A stretch of DNA of 20,000 nt from Trichoplax sp. H2 (Eukaryota), in contig NOWV01000193.1 in NCBI GenBank assembly GCA_003344405.1, forward strand, positions 122,057-142,056, written 5' to 3'. Position 1 is the stretch's first letter; each line of letters opens with the position of its first letter. The notes below the pieces were generated by a model. It searched no databases, was not told the DNA's origin, and saw only the letters and a list, made by a program, of their open reading frames with translations. Below, one piece after another: positions 1-13,200 of this stretch. The translations under genes were made by a program, and so were the position numbers.

Positions 1-1186
1 ATTTAATGTAAAAGATTTAATTACTCTAGTAATTGTTCTAAAGTGATTTACAGGCATTATAAAGTTCTGTTAATATTCCCTACATTCTCAGAATGTATGT
101 GCTTGGGTGTATATGATAATGTCTTGAAATGTGAGCAGCTAAATTTTTCTTGAACTCTTATGATATTATGGCCGTTCATCTCTGTAAAACAACTGAGAAA
201 TCTGATCATGCAGATAATTATAAAATATAGCATGCAAATTATTTATAGCCATGTCATTAGCCTCCACAAATCACCACGATAAATTCAGACTTATGATTTA
301 CAAAGATCTTAATTTCATTATTTATGAACTCGCACACATAAATATGTGACGATGAACACATTTATTCATGAAATATTACATTTGAGATCAGTCTAATTCA
401 GTTAAATTATAGATGAACTACCACGTTTTCCTTTTAATTATTACAATTTTATTACATTTTCTTAATTAAAGCAATCTTTAAGATTTGCAATTTTTTCGTA
501 AAGACATGAATTAACATTTACATACTGTACTGTACTCATTACCATACTACGTTATACGCAGTACTATACAAAAAAGTTCATTCTACTTTGCTTATGGTTG
601 CGAGCTACTTTCTCTTTCTATTTTTCAACCGGTAATTTTTACCTTAGGTTTTAAAACAAATGAGTTCAGTACATGATGAATGCGTATGCTCACAGGTAAA
701 AACATATAAACATTGGTAAACAATTATGGCGAAGTTATGGATTCGGCATAAGCTACTGCTGAGATAGGGTAATTTTATAATTATGTTTCAGTCAAAGTAA
801 CACTTTAGTTGTAGAAATTTAAAGGTCGAGTTAAAATGGTGACGAATTTCAGTACTCAAAAATTTCCGGTTATGTAGATGGCAGTCTATCTGTAAAAAAT
901 AATTATTAACGTTACATGTCTTAATTTAACTTTCGTAAACAAAAAAGACATATCATATTTTCATAGTTAATTTTGCTCAACTGTATCTTTGGACTAAATC
1001 AGTTATTTAGATGTATATCATTAAGAACGTTATCGTATTTACTGCATCGAATCCACTAGTATCAGTAGAATTAATAGTGAGACAATTTTAAATACCAATA
1101 AACTCTCTTTATACACTACTTATGCTTAATGTTTAGGTATAGTCTTGAGTCCAATCCGATCTTTTATTTACGAATTTTTATACATC

Positions 1187-1220
1187 ATGGCGCAATATTG
1201 GCATGCAATTATCATCAAGT
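1187..1220 (+). CDS. Probable first coding exon (MAQYWHAIIIK), start of putative signal peptide
   Basis: ATCATGG Kozak-like context. Ends in phase 1 at GTAAAT, matching the phase of 1427 to give MAQYWHAIIIKFLGTLKLCDS. A TTTAG acceptor ending at 1136 suggests 5' UTR from 1137. Confidence 0.6.
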
Positions 1221-4200
1221 GTAAATAAAGCACTTTTATATTTTACAACTCATTTGATTATGTGCTTATATCGCATATTTTATGCATTATTTTTTAACGC
1301 TATTTCGTGGTGTAGATAAGCACCATATATGAGATATCATTTTAACGTTATATTTGTAAAAGAAACACTTAAAGCACATATCACTATATAACAATAAAAA
1401 CAATTTTGTATTTAACTGCTGTATAGTTCTTGGCACGCTTAAGCTTTGTGATAGCTGCTATGAAAACTCCTGCTGTAATTGTGTGGATTGGACAATATGC
1501 TATGGTCGGATGTCTTCTATATATACGAATGCTACAGATGCTCCTAACGACATTAGTACATCTTCAATTCAATCTCTGTAAGAAAATTTAAAGCCTAATA
1601 TGAATACTAGTGCGTGAGTCGTGCTATTTTTATTATATGATATATGTAGTATTAGTATCGAGCAATTGTTGACTTAGATTACCTAAGCAATTTCTGTATA
1701 GAAAGACCTCTGCTTACAAGACATTTAAAATTACGTTTGATTATTTCTTCAGTATCTATAATAATTCACTTCAAATCAATAAGAAAAATATTAAAGAGCT
1801 ATTTTGTTAGTTGTCTCAGTTAAGGATAAACTTATTTATGCATTTAAAGTTTAAAATAGTGTTTATCGTGAGATCTTTTATGACAAATCTCTTATTTTTA
1901 GGCAATATTAGTTCGTAAGTAAAGTCAATTCTTATGCTAACATGGCAACAACGAAATAACTGATATTTAGCTGCTGAGATAAATGAGCAAGAAGGAATTG
2001 ATAGTAGAGAAATGATTGTAAAAAATTTAAATTTATCTTTTGTTGGAGCTTTACAACAGACAGAGATTATTGCTTATTAAATACCTTATATATAGCGGAT
2101 TAAATATATGATTTTTTTTATTACTTTTGCCGTCGAAATTAAGGAGAATAAGGTTTGCTTTATCGTAAAGCGACTATGTTTTCCGAAGTCCACATTAGAA
2201 AATCATTGCAGCTATATAAGATGCACTATTACAAAATTTGCACATCAGATATTATGGAAGTGCTTCTGCTTCATAGTGATCTATTACCGTGATCTTCCTT
2301 TATTATTATACTGAAAATAAATTCAAACTTTTACGGGCTGGTTTGTGATCTTAAAGACAGCAATAAAGAGTATATATCACAGATTCATACCTCACCGTGA
2401 TCTCATACATCGCGCTACGTATCCTTGAAATTGTAGATAGTGCTGTGGATGGATTGGTCTGCATACATAATCTCTAACTACAAGAATCAATACAATAAAG
2501 TAATACTTACTCTGATACAATATCGTAACATCCATAGAGCCTTACCATAATGAGGACTTCAGACTTAGATTACCGAAATTTTACAAATCCTACTGCAAAT
2601 GTAGCTGCATTTTTAGTCTTCAAGTAGACCAATTTTCTTTGAAGCAAACTTATAATTTTTTTGTTTTTAAGATTTTAGTTTTAACGTTATTAACTGATAA
2701 TATCTTATCCGTGACTCAGGTATGTCGAAAATTTAAATTCAACTATTCAAGAATTGCTATTCTGTAGCTATCGAAATATGTAAGTTTTTGAGATAAGCAC
2801 CAAATCAATAATCCTCCCTGCATGCACAAAATTAAATGTAATTGATGTACATATTGTAAATCATTAAATATAATATTATAATACTTAATATATTTGCACT
2901 AAATACTATAAGCTATCGCTTTTTAATTTATCAGAGCAATATATTCCAGTCATATTTATCGATTAGCGCCAGAGACATTTGAAAGATGCGATAATCTTAA
3001 GACATTGTAAGTTAAAGATTACAGAAACTAATCAGTCATGGTAGTTGTACAAATTTTTTCGAATGCGAATAATCTTTATACTTTTACAAAGAAAACTCCA
3101 TGCCTAAAATCTTTCGCATAACCATGAAAGTGAAACCTATACAGTTTTTATGACCATAATTATTCCTTGTCAATGAATATAACTACTAGTGTGAAAAATT
3201 ATGGTTATTATAAAAGTAATCAATTTCGTGCAGGAGCTTTATTCAAAATTTTCTCAAATTCGATGAAATAGTGGACGTTGTAACGGCGCTAGATTCACTG
3301 AAGGGACTGTGAGTATGAGTATACATTCTCTGTATCATAATGTCAACGTTATTTGTAAAATAATGCAAAATAAGTATTAGTAAATTTTAATCGAATTCTA
3401 CTAGGAGCTTCGATTTTAATATTCGCATTCAATTTTGCCACACTTGTAATTTTAAGCTAATTTGTGCTAAAATTTGGAAAAATATTGATCGAAAATAAAA
3501 TATTAAGTAATGATAACAAATAAGGATACCTTAGGTTATATTCGCTTCTGTTTTTTCGGGGACCTATTTTCACTTACTGTAATGTAACTTAGTAATGTGA
3601 TTGTAGACTGTTAGCCATGTTTAGTATAATGTACGGTAGATATTTATCCTAAGAGATATTTGGTAACTATAACTATAGACTGTAGTGGTATAGACTCTAT
3701 ACTAGAATACAGATGACTATATACAGTAAGGTGTTGAGTTACTAATAAGGTTATAGGTAAAAATAGAACTGTAAATCATATATTAGGATATGCTTAATTC
3801 ATTATACTTTGGCTGGTGTGAATAATGTCTACGTAAATACTGTAGTTGTATCCATATTGGATTAATGATGATCCGCAGTAGAATAGTCTTACTAAGAATA
3901 ATTTAACTATGTATACAACAAGGTAAAATGTTGCCATGCGGATTGTAGCTGCGAATGCTACGAAAAGTATAAAAGCATGCAACTTTAGATTATTCTGTTA
4001 GTTCGTTGTAGAAGTCTTTAGTAGTAGTATTCGGCTAGAGTAGAGCTGTGTGTAGTTGATCTTTGTATAAGATTCAATGAAGCCTTTATTTTTCTAAAAT
4101 TTGGAATTTCGTGATTGGTATTTATCACACTTGCCAAGTGTAGATTATATACGAGTTGATATCTTCAGTACATCTACCTATTTATTAGGGTATAAATTTG

Positions 4201-7200
4201 TGCTAGTTAAGGTTTTCATTACATAGCTTTAAGTTCTTTGCTCACGTTATGGCTTGAATTATGACAAGTTAAAGTGTTATTGAAGTAAAAAACTTGATTA
4301 GACAACTTGCATACTCAAATTGCGTAACTAAAATTAATAATCCGGTAAATAAATTTTCACAGAGTTATAAAGGCTAATAAGTTCAAAGATTCTCCTGTCA
4401 ATTTTCGCAACTTATTTTGCAATCAGTTAGGATCTCTGAAAATATTGTAAGTAATTTTGCTTCATCAATAGTTTAGCAATGCTGGAAATTGTCTGACGTG
4501 CAGACTATAGTAATGACAAACTTTGATAATACTAAAATGTTGATTTACTTATCTGGTTGTGAGAATTTTTACATTGCTATTGCAAATCCGTTACTGATAT
4601 TTGGATTAAATTTTTTTATATTATTTAGTGTTTATGAATATGAACGCTTGGTCGATATTGGAATTAAAACGTTTCATTATTTACCTAATCTGACAACATT
4701 GTACGTAATTATTTTATGATTTTATCAAAAATTTTAATTTTGGTTGGTAAGTTGTAGAAATTTATAGTTGTATTTTGGAATGACGACAATTTGCAATGTT
4801 ATTGTCTCAAATACTGAAGATGTATTTCAAGCACGGCCATTCATAATAAGGAAACTAATGGCTAAGTCGCAAATAATTGTCTAACAGGAATACATTCACT
4901 CCTCATAAAAAAGTGTCACCGACTGACTGCGGCTGCTAATTTTTCATATTTCTAGCGTAACTATTTAGAAATATTAACAATATAATTAGTTTATGATAGT
5001 AATAGTATGAGAATTAAATTAAATTAAGAAATTTACTTTAAAATTCTAAGGTATTTTCAATAAGACGATTGCGATTACCTTAAAAAGGGTCTTGTAATAA
5101 TTTTAATAAGCATCATTTTGTAGACATAGAAACAAACGCATACTCATGATATCGACTTATAATAATATCCATAATTATAATGAGGAATTCAATAGCAGGT
5201 GTATTTCATTGCAGAGGATTATCGCATAACCGTATCGTGCAACTCCGTCCTGAGAATTTTGCAAATTTGATAAATTTGCAAGTTTTGTACGTAAAATAGT
5301 TAGCAATAATAATTCAAAATTATTACATTTGAGCTTGTTTTGCAACATCTCCATTTCATTAAACAAATTATAAATGCATAATTAACTCTTAATGAATTGA
5401 TAATCTGATTTTAGGAATATTAGTCATAACAGAATCCATCTCATCCTTGAGAATACCTTTATTTCCTTGAAAAAATTAAGACATTTGTAAGTTAACAGAA
5501 CACATTTTTACGTCCACGGTGATATCCTAAGTTGTTGTCTAAAGGTATACTCGAAAGTAACGCCAGATGAAATGTTATTTCTATTCTATCACTATTGTTG
5601 TAATACTGCTAGATGTTTATCAGTATTATAAAACTAATGCACTACGTAGTCGCTAGGCAATTTAATGAATAGTAATCACGCTTCCTCTAAAAGTTTCTAG
5701 ACAACTGTAGTGGACAATTAATACTAAAAGAATTTTAGTACAACTCTAAATATTAACAATCTCCTGATCGTCACAATAAATAGCTAGGCTCTCTCAGACA
5801 AAACTACTGATAGTAAATCTATGTCGACATCAATTAATTTTCAATATATGGACAATTTCATAAAAAGATATATGTAACGTAGTAGATATGGTATTATTAT
5901 GGATATCAATCTATGCACTTAAACAAAAAATAAGCATGTGATAAAGTGAATTGAGTAAATTATTTTCCTAAGACACAGAGGTTTCATTTTTTTGAATTTA
6001 GATTGACACTTTATCACTGTGATAAAGTGATCTTCAAAACAATAAATCAAGAACTACAGTTTCTTGTAAATTTCACTTTATTACTGAAGTTAGGTTCGTC
6101 TAACTACCAAGGACTATCTGGCTATCTGACAATCTACTTATTACAGCAAAATTCACGATTTATATACGATTATTTACAGAATGCTTTTACTGTAACAAAT
6201 CTTATCTTGCCCATTAAGTCGCAAGATCAGATCTAAATTTACTATCGCGCAATCTATTCATAATTCGCACGTCTATTTAAAGCATTACAATACAATATTT
6301 ACAGTACTAACTGTGATATATACCAATCACGAAATTTCCAAATTTTAGAAAAATAAGAGCTTCATTGAATCTTATACAAAGATCAACTACACACAGCTCT
6401 ACTCTAGCCGAATACTACTACTAAAGACTTCTAGAACGAACTAACAGAATAATCTAAAGTTGCATGCTTTTATACTTTCCGCTACAATCCAATACTAAGT
6501 TACATTACACTAAATATTCTTAGTAAGACTATTCTACTGCGGACCATCATTAATCCAATATGGATACGACTACAGTATTTACGTAGACATTATTCACACC
6601 AGCCAAAGTACAATGAATTAACCATATCCTAATACATGATTTACAGTTCTATTTTTACCTATAACCTCATTAGTAACTCAACACCTTACTGTATATAGTC
6701 ATCTGTACTCTAGCATAGAGTCTCTACCACTACAGTCTATAGTTATAGCTACCAAATATCTCTTAGGATAAATATCTACCATACATTATACTACACATGG
6801 CTAACAGTCTACAATCCCAATACTAAGTTACATTACACTAACATACTTAGCGCAAATCTATTTATATCTCAGATCTTTATATAAACATCTTAATAGATTC
6901 GCTACAATACGTACTGTAAACATCTTCTACAAATAGATTCTTGCACAATCTTACACTCTAGCTTACAAGTTAAGTTATTCTCGTACAGTCTTAAAATAGT
7001 AATCTAAGCTATATTTGGGGCTGCAATACAATCACTAAGCATTAGTCTACGAAAGTCGCCTTGCGATATAACTGCATAACGTATTGGTGTTCGAAGTTGG
7101 AATCTTAGTAACTTATTTCGTTGTGAAGTTCCAATGTATTAAAAATGTCTCACTATGGCGCTCTCGAGAATTTACCCTGGTTCTAAAATTATAATATTGC

Positions 7201-10200
7201 AATGAGACAATTTCTCGTACTTTAGAAAGTGGTTTTAACCAATTTGTCTATGCTATGTCAATTTAGATCCTTCGATTTAACTCTAAAATAAGTAAGAGTA
7301 CAGAAAATTCAGCATCAATGATTAATATTAACTTGAGAATGTTGTTTCTTGTTGAAATACAGTGCTATGAAACCTTCTAATTTTATCTTAATAAATTAAA
7401 AATCGCATAAAATAAAAATAGTGTTCTTCTATTCTATAATAAGTCTACAGTTATATACTCATAATAAACTTACGCTTCACTCTTCATGGTTTCTTAATAC
7501 TGTGACTCCCTATTTTACGGAGATCTAAAATTTTTAAGACCCCTAGAGTCATAGCTGCGTCAACCCTGCTTTATGGAAAAGTTTATGCGAATACAATTTT
7601 TATTGATTAATATTAAATTGTACACAAATACTCTTGTGGCTGTTAGTAAACGAAATTAAAAATTATGTAACTGAGCTATTCTTGCTACCACAGCAATTCT
7701 AGTTTAGATTCGAGAAAGGTCTCGAAAGATATTTAATGCAACTGCTTTCGATCGTAATTCGGTAGTGATTCCTGTTTCGTTAGTGAAGCTAACAATTGTG
7801 GTAATAATAACTTAACTTTAGTAATGTTTTAGTCTATCATATGCCAGCTTAAGCTACAACTTGAACATATTAAACCATAGCTCCAATTTCATTATTTAAT
7901 TATGACATTTTAAGAAAGTGCAAGAATTTATGATATTTATAACATACTCTTATACCGAAACGTTTAATTTCATGAATTATCATGCTAGAAATATGGCAGT
8001 CAATAACGTCAGAAAAATTGATTCTGATACCTTTTACGGGCTCGAAAATCTAAAATATATGTAAGTATAAGCTGAAGATTTCAAACATAATTCGTAGTCT
8101 AGCTCACCTGCATCTGGAAAAGCAAAATTATGAAATAAGTCAGTATGCGTAATGTTACCGATTTGTGATACCAATGTTGAGATATAGCACATAAATTTTA
8201 TTCACAATATCAATGAAGTGAAGCTTGCTCTCATTATGGTGCATCAATAGTAAAACTTGATTTTTTAAATAAGATCTTCATTACTACTTTATCTTAGTAA
8301 GTACCAGTGAGCCCTTGCAGACTCAACTGCGCCATTTTAACGTACTCTAAGCAATTTGAAAAGCAGAAATAGGACTTTTTAGAAATATTATTAAGACGTT
8401 TGATCATCCAGAATTTCTCAGTAGCTTATAAACCGTAACCTATTCATATTAAATAAAGCTTATAATTGACGTCAGCTCTTTTAGGTCTAATATTTACGCT
8501 TGTAACTTATTGTATATACGTGCGATTGATAATCTGTTCTTGGCATAGGTCATAAATAGTTGTATTCTTGAATTTTTTTTGATATATAAAAAGGAATCCA
8601 AATTCAAATGGGCGAGATATTTGCTCTTTCAGATTATCATCTAATAAATAGCAAATATAAATGTGCTTTCTTTTAAGTGAAAACTTTGCACTTAAATTAA
8701 TCGGGGTTATGTTAACTTTCAAACATTTCATAAATACAATCAGGCTAAATGGATGAATATATTATTTGATACGTATTTTTTAGAAATTTGAAAATGAACC
8801 ATATAGAACAAATTCATAATCAAGTCTTGGAATCTTTACCAAATTTATTGCATCTGTAAGATTTGCTAGCCAAGAATACATTTATCATAAATATTCATGC
8901 AGTTATAGTTTCTTTTTAAATAGTGTTGTATTCTACACATCAATTTGGTCTTGTATTTTGTATCCTTTACAATTAATATTTGGATCTCATTTTGCTTAAG
9001 AGTTCATTTAAACTTTATTATACTGTAATAAGGGCTAATATACGAAATCTTTCATTAAGGATTATATCCTCCAATCGTCAAATTGCTATAAATTTTAGAG
9101 AAACGAAGAATAATTCAACGCTAAGGATAATGTAATACCGCTGTTTCTGAATCAGTCTTAATTTGCATTAGTATGGTCATCAAGACTTCGGAGTTAATGA
9201 AATAATTGACGATTAACAATGATATTAAGCAAAAGAAAATATGTTTAATTAACGTAGATTAAGTGCTGAAATCCATTTTATTATAGGAGAATGCTAAATT
9301 GTAAAAATATATGCATTTTAGTAATTTAGAAGCCAATTCTATCTCTTCCATGACGTCCGAAACATTCTATGGGATGCAAAATTTAAAATTTATGTGAGTA
9401 TACATCCAGTAGAAAATGCAAGGCAAACTTAATTGAAAATTTTTTTTGGCTTAAATTTGTCATTTTTTAACGATGTTGTAAACGATAAATTAACTGTATG
9501 CGAGACTGAGATTTCGAATGCTATCAGAAATCTTTATAGCTTTTCAACACGTATAAATTGTTAGCACAATTTTATTTTCTCAAAAATATGGTAAAAAGCA
9601 TAAAACTATTACTTGAAAGTAATACTAGCTGAATTTAAAAAAAATTACCTGTAACAGTTCTGCTAAGACTTTTTGCTCCTATATCGCTTATTACTTCAAC
9701 ATTATATCAAAACATAGATTAAATTAGTTAAAAGATACATTATGAAGGTTATAAATAGATCACTCTGAATTCTTGGTTTATTAATTTGTTTATATTTATT
9801 CACGAATTTCTCAGTAAGATGGCAAATAATAGGCTAACTGTAATTCAAAGCGGTGCTTTCCAGAATTTGTCGAATTTGCAGAAGATGTAAGCATTTTAGA
9901 GATCTAATTTCTTGGGATTTTTCTCTATACGCCCTTAAAATCAAAGTCGAGATTTAGAGTCACATTTTAACGCTAAGAAAAGGTTCTATAGCATACCCAC
10001 ATAGACAGTATTAGTAGTAAAGAGGTTCAAATTTCGCGTATTTAACAAATTTTTCTAAAAGGTCCTCATCCAAAGCAACTATGGCTGTACTGATTTCATG
10101 TAGATACTACGCCAATAATATGAATTAGAATATTTAAATAATTTAATATTCTAAATTTATCTTTAGATATCTCAATCGAAATTTCATCGTCAAATTAGAA

Positions 10201-13200
10201 GATAATGCCTTTAGCAACTTACCTAGCCTAAAAATATTGTTAGTATTTCTAAAAAACTGATATACTTAAATACGGATTTATGCTACTATAAACAGACTTA
10301 CTAAGCGGGTTTAAAATTTATAATAAACTTATTTCCAGGCATTGATTAACCTCGATACAACTATCCCTGTATTTAATTATGTTAATGAACGATTTATAAA
10401 TTGATATAGTTATAGATAAGCCCTGCAACATGGATAACGTACAATATACAAATTTCTGACTTTAAGAAGTCTGAAAATTGCTTATTCCTCCATTATTTAA
10501 TTCGCGCTGTAGCCGAAATACCTTTACCTTTACATTAACTGAAATTATAATGAATGACCTGCTCTTGCAGACTATCAAGCTTATATAGTATTTGGCAGCA
10601 GCTGCAAGTGATAATATCAAAATGGTTCACGCAATTCAAGCGTTAAATCTACAATCAGTTACCTATCAAATACACCAGTATTTATACTGTAAATATATAC
10701 TGTTTGATTCGAGATATCTCGGCCATCGTGTATTTATACATTGAATTGAATCTTTATTGTTGCTGCTATAAAATGAAATCTGCTTCTGGTTAGTTTTACA
10801 ATTGTAAAAACTCGTGCTATCAATTAAATAATTTCAATAATCATGTAGTGATATCAGATATCGTACGACGTAAATTTACAGTCTTATCACTAGTATAACT
10901 TGATTCCTGCGGTAGTTATTTAATCTTAGTGACTGTGGCAGTACTATATATTGTATTAGAGTAGAAATATCTATGTTAGAATAGTTCTGTTAGCTTATCC
11001 TTATTCAGTTAACTTTTAATTTGGATATTCTGTGTTTTAATATAGCGCTGACTTTTTATGACCGTGACACATATACACATGCGTTATACGCATATACACA
11101 TACTGAAATTACTAGTTATAATAGGGAATGCGAATCATCTACTTACAGTTCCAATCATTGTGATTGTAACTTACTTATGGTAGATTGTAAATTATCGTGG
11201 AAATGTTCCGTGATAAGACATATCGTAATCTGACTATTCTGTATTAGTCATCAGATGTCTATGGTCGTAAATACTGTTGTCTGCATTAAGGGAGCAGTAG
11301 CTAAAATTAATGTCTAATTCAGTGAATGATTCCAAAGTTAATCGTACTAACTATGACTCATGAACTATTGAGGAAGAGTATATAAATGCAGCATATAGTG
11401 TAATAAAGTGGATTCTTAAACTTAGTGTTTAACGTAAAATACGAGGCGTTTAAGTCTTTCTGTATTCTGTTAGTAGAGCAAAAGTGTTTGTGATAGTGCA
11501 GATATCGTTTCTTGACACGTAGTTCAAGGAATTGACTTATTGATCGTACATTACGTTATCTTGTTGCAAAGCTGTTTTGTGACAGTGGCTATAAAAAAAT
11601 AAATTTATTAAATATTTTAATCCAGCCCTAACAATGCTTTTCATCCAGTTGGATGCTTCAATTATTTTGTAGATTGCTCGATATCTATTAATTCTGTATC
11701 TTATTTCATCACAGGAACTTAAACAGAAATGAAATAAAAACTATGAGCAAACCTTTTCATCAATTACCACAATTAAGATACCTGTTATTACAATTTTATG
11801 AATGATTTTATTCTTATGAAGTTATATCATTAGATTAAATTGAATCATAACGAATTTTGTAATATACTCTTTGCATATAGGGATTTAAGCTACAATTTAA
11901 TATATGATGAGAATATATCACGAACTGCACTAAGCGATTTGATAAGATTAGAGACTTTGTAAGGATGATATTCATTAATAATTACTTATTGATGGATTAA
12001 CGGGCCATTTATTATTTAACTTATAACTCTTCATGGATAAAATCTAAGAAATTTCTTTTTAATTATACTGATTAACTTGTTATTAACTGAAAGTATGGTA
12101 ATGGTGTCTAGGGATTTATCTGGCAACCACATCAAGAAATTGGCCAACAGTAGCTTTTGCGGTCTAACAAATTTAAAATACTTGTGAGTAAAGATTGTAA
12201 TAAGCCTGTTTCTTTACTACCTATTACCATTGTAGCAAAGTGGGTATACAGCTGAGAATCAATATCATTCTTTAAGTGAGCAAATCTTAAAATTATTGTC
12301 AGTACCGTAAGTTATGATACGATAGTAAAGGGAACATAATTAAGTACGGCTCTATAAATGCAATTATATTATGTTCAATTCGTAACATTACCTACTATAA
12401 AACTTTCAAGCTTTCAGCTCAGCTTTAAGGTGGTTTCTTGGTATTGTTTAATTCTAGTCGAATCTTGGATATATTACATATTTTTTCACCGGAATATATT
12501 TTACTAAAGTCCTATAGAATTAAAACTATATCAATAATTAGCTATCTTGTTTAAATATTCTACTCACAGCGCCAAATTGTAGTGACCTAGTAATAGACTC
12601 CGGCTATTACTATTGGTTCGCCTACGTAACCCAAAATTTGAGTTAACGAAAATTGAGTAATTCCATAAATTGATATATGAAAGTAAATACCCAAAAATAG
12701 CCTTGAATATTAACTTTTATTCGTACGTTCGTCTATTGGAGAAGATTTCAAAATTCTTCTTCTCATAACAACAGTTGAAAATAACTAAGATAAACCGGAT
12801 AATACCACATAGACAAATTTGCACACAAATCACTTCTATACAAACAATACCAATAAATGCTTCCATTCTATAGTAGTTAGGGTCAGAGGTCAGGGTTAGG
12901 GTTAGGGTTAGAGTGTACATGCTAGATTCAACACTTTACTAAGATAATATGGATTTATATACTCAAGCTTGTACATAATTTACAATGTAGATAATCCTTT
13001 TTTTTATGATATACGACTTTAACAGGAGAATGATAGTTCTTTTTTATAAACAGTACTTTGTTTCTGTTTTTTACACTTCCAGCCATCAACTGTACTTTTA
13101 CAATTAGTTTAAGTCTTTACGCAGAAGTATACTAATGTTATCTAGCTATAATCTTTGACAAATCATCTAGCTTTGTACGCGTTAAAGTTATATATATATC

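Noticed and set aside
92..768. Possible upstream exons (92-130 CMCLGVYDNVLK; 648-695 VLKQMSSVHDECVCSQ)
   Set aside because: Splice-like signals exist, but I found no convincing link to the main CDS. They may be 5' UTR exons or chance matches and need cDNA.
5124..5198. 75-nt open phase-2 segment bounded by AG and GT
   Set aside because: No LRR pattern, and it would leave an impossible 16-nt intron before exon 5215.
3578..6837. Single TIR or foldback transposon that captured exons
   Set aside because: No target-site duplication and no transposase remnant. The enclosed exons are collinear parts of the host gene.
8373..8434. Possible decayed LRR pseudo-exon (RNIIKTFDHPEFLSSL*)
   Set aside because: Needs a frameshift and contains a stop. 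The resemblance is too weak in AT-rich sequence without an HMM hit.
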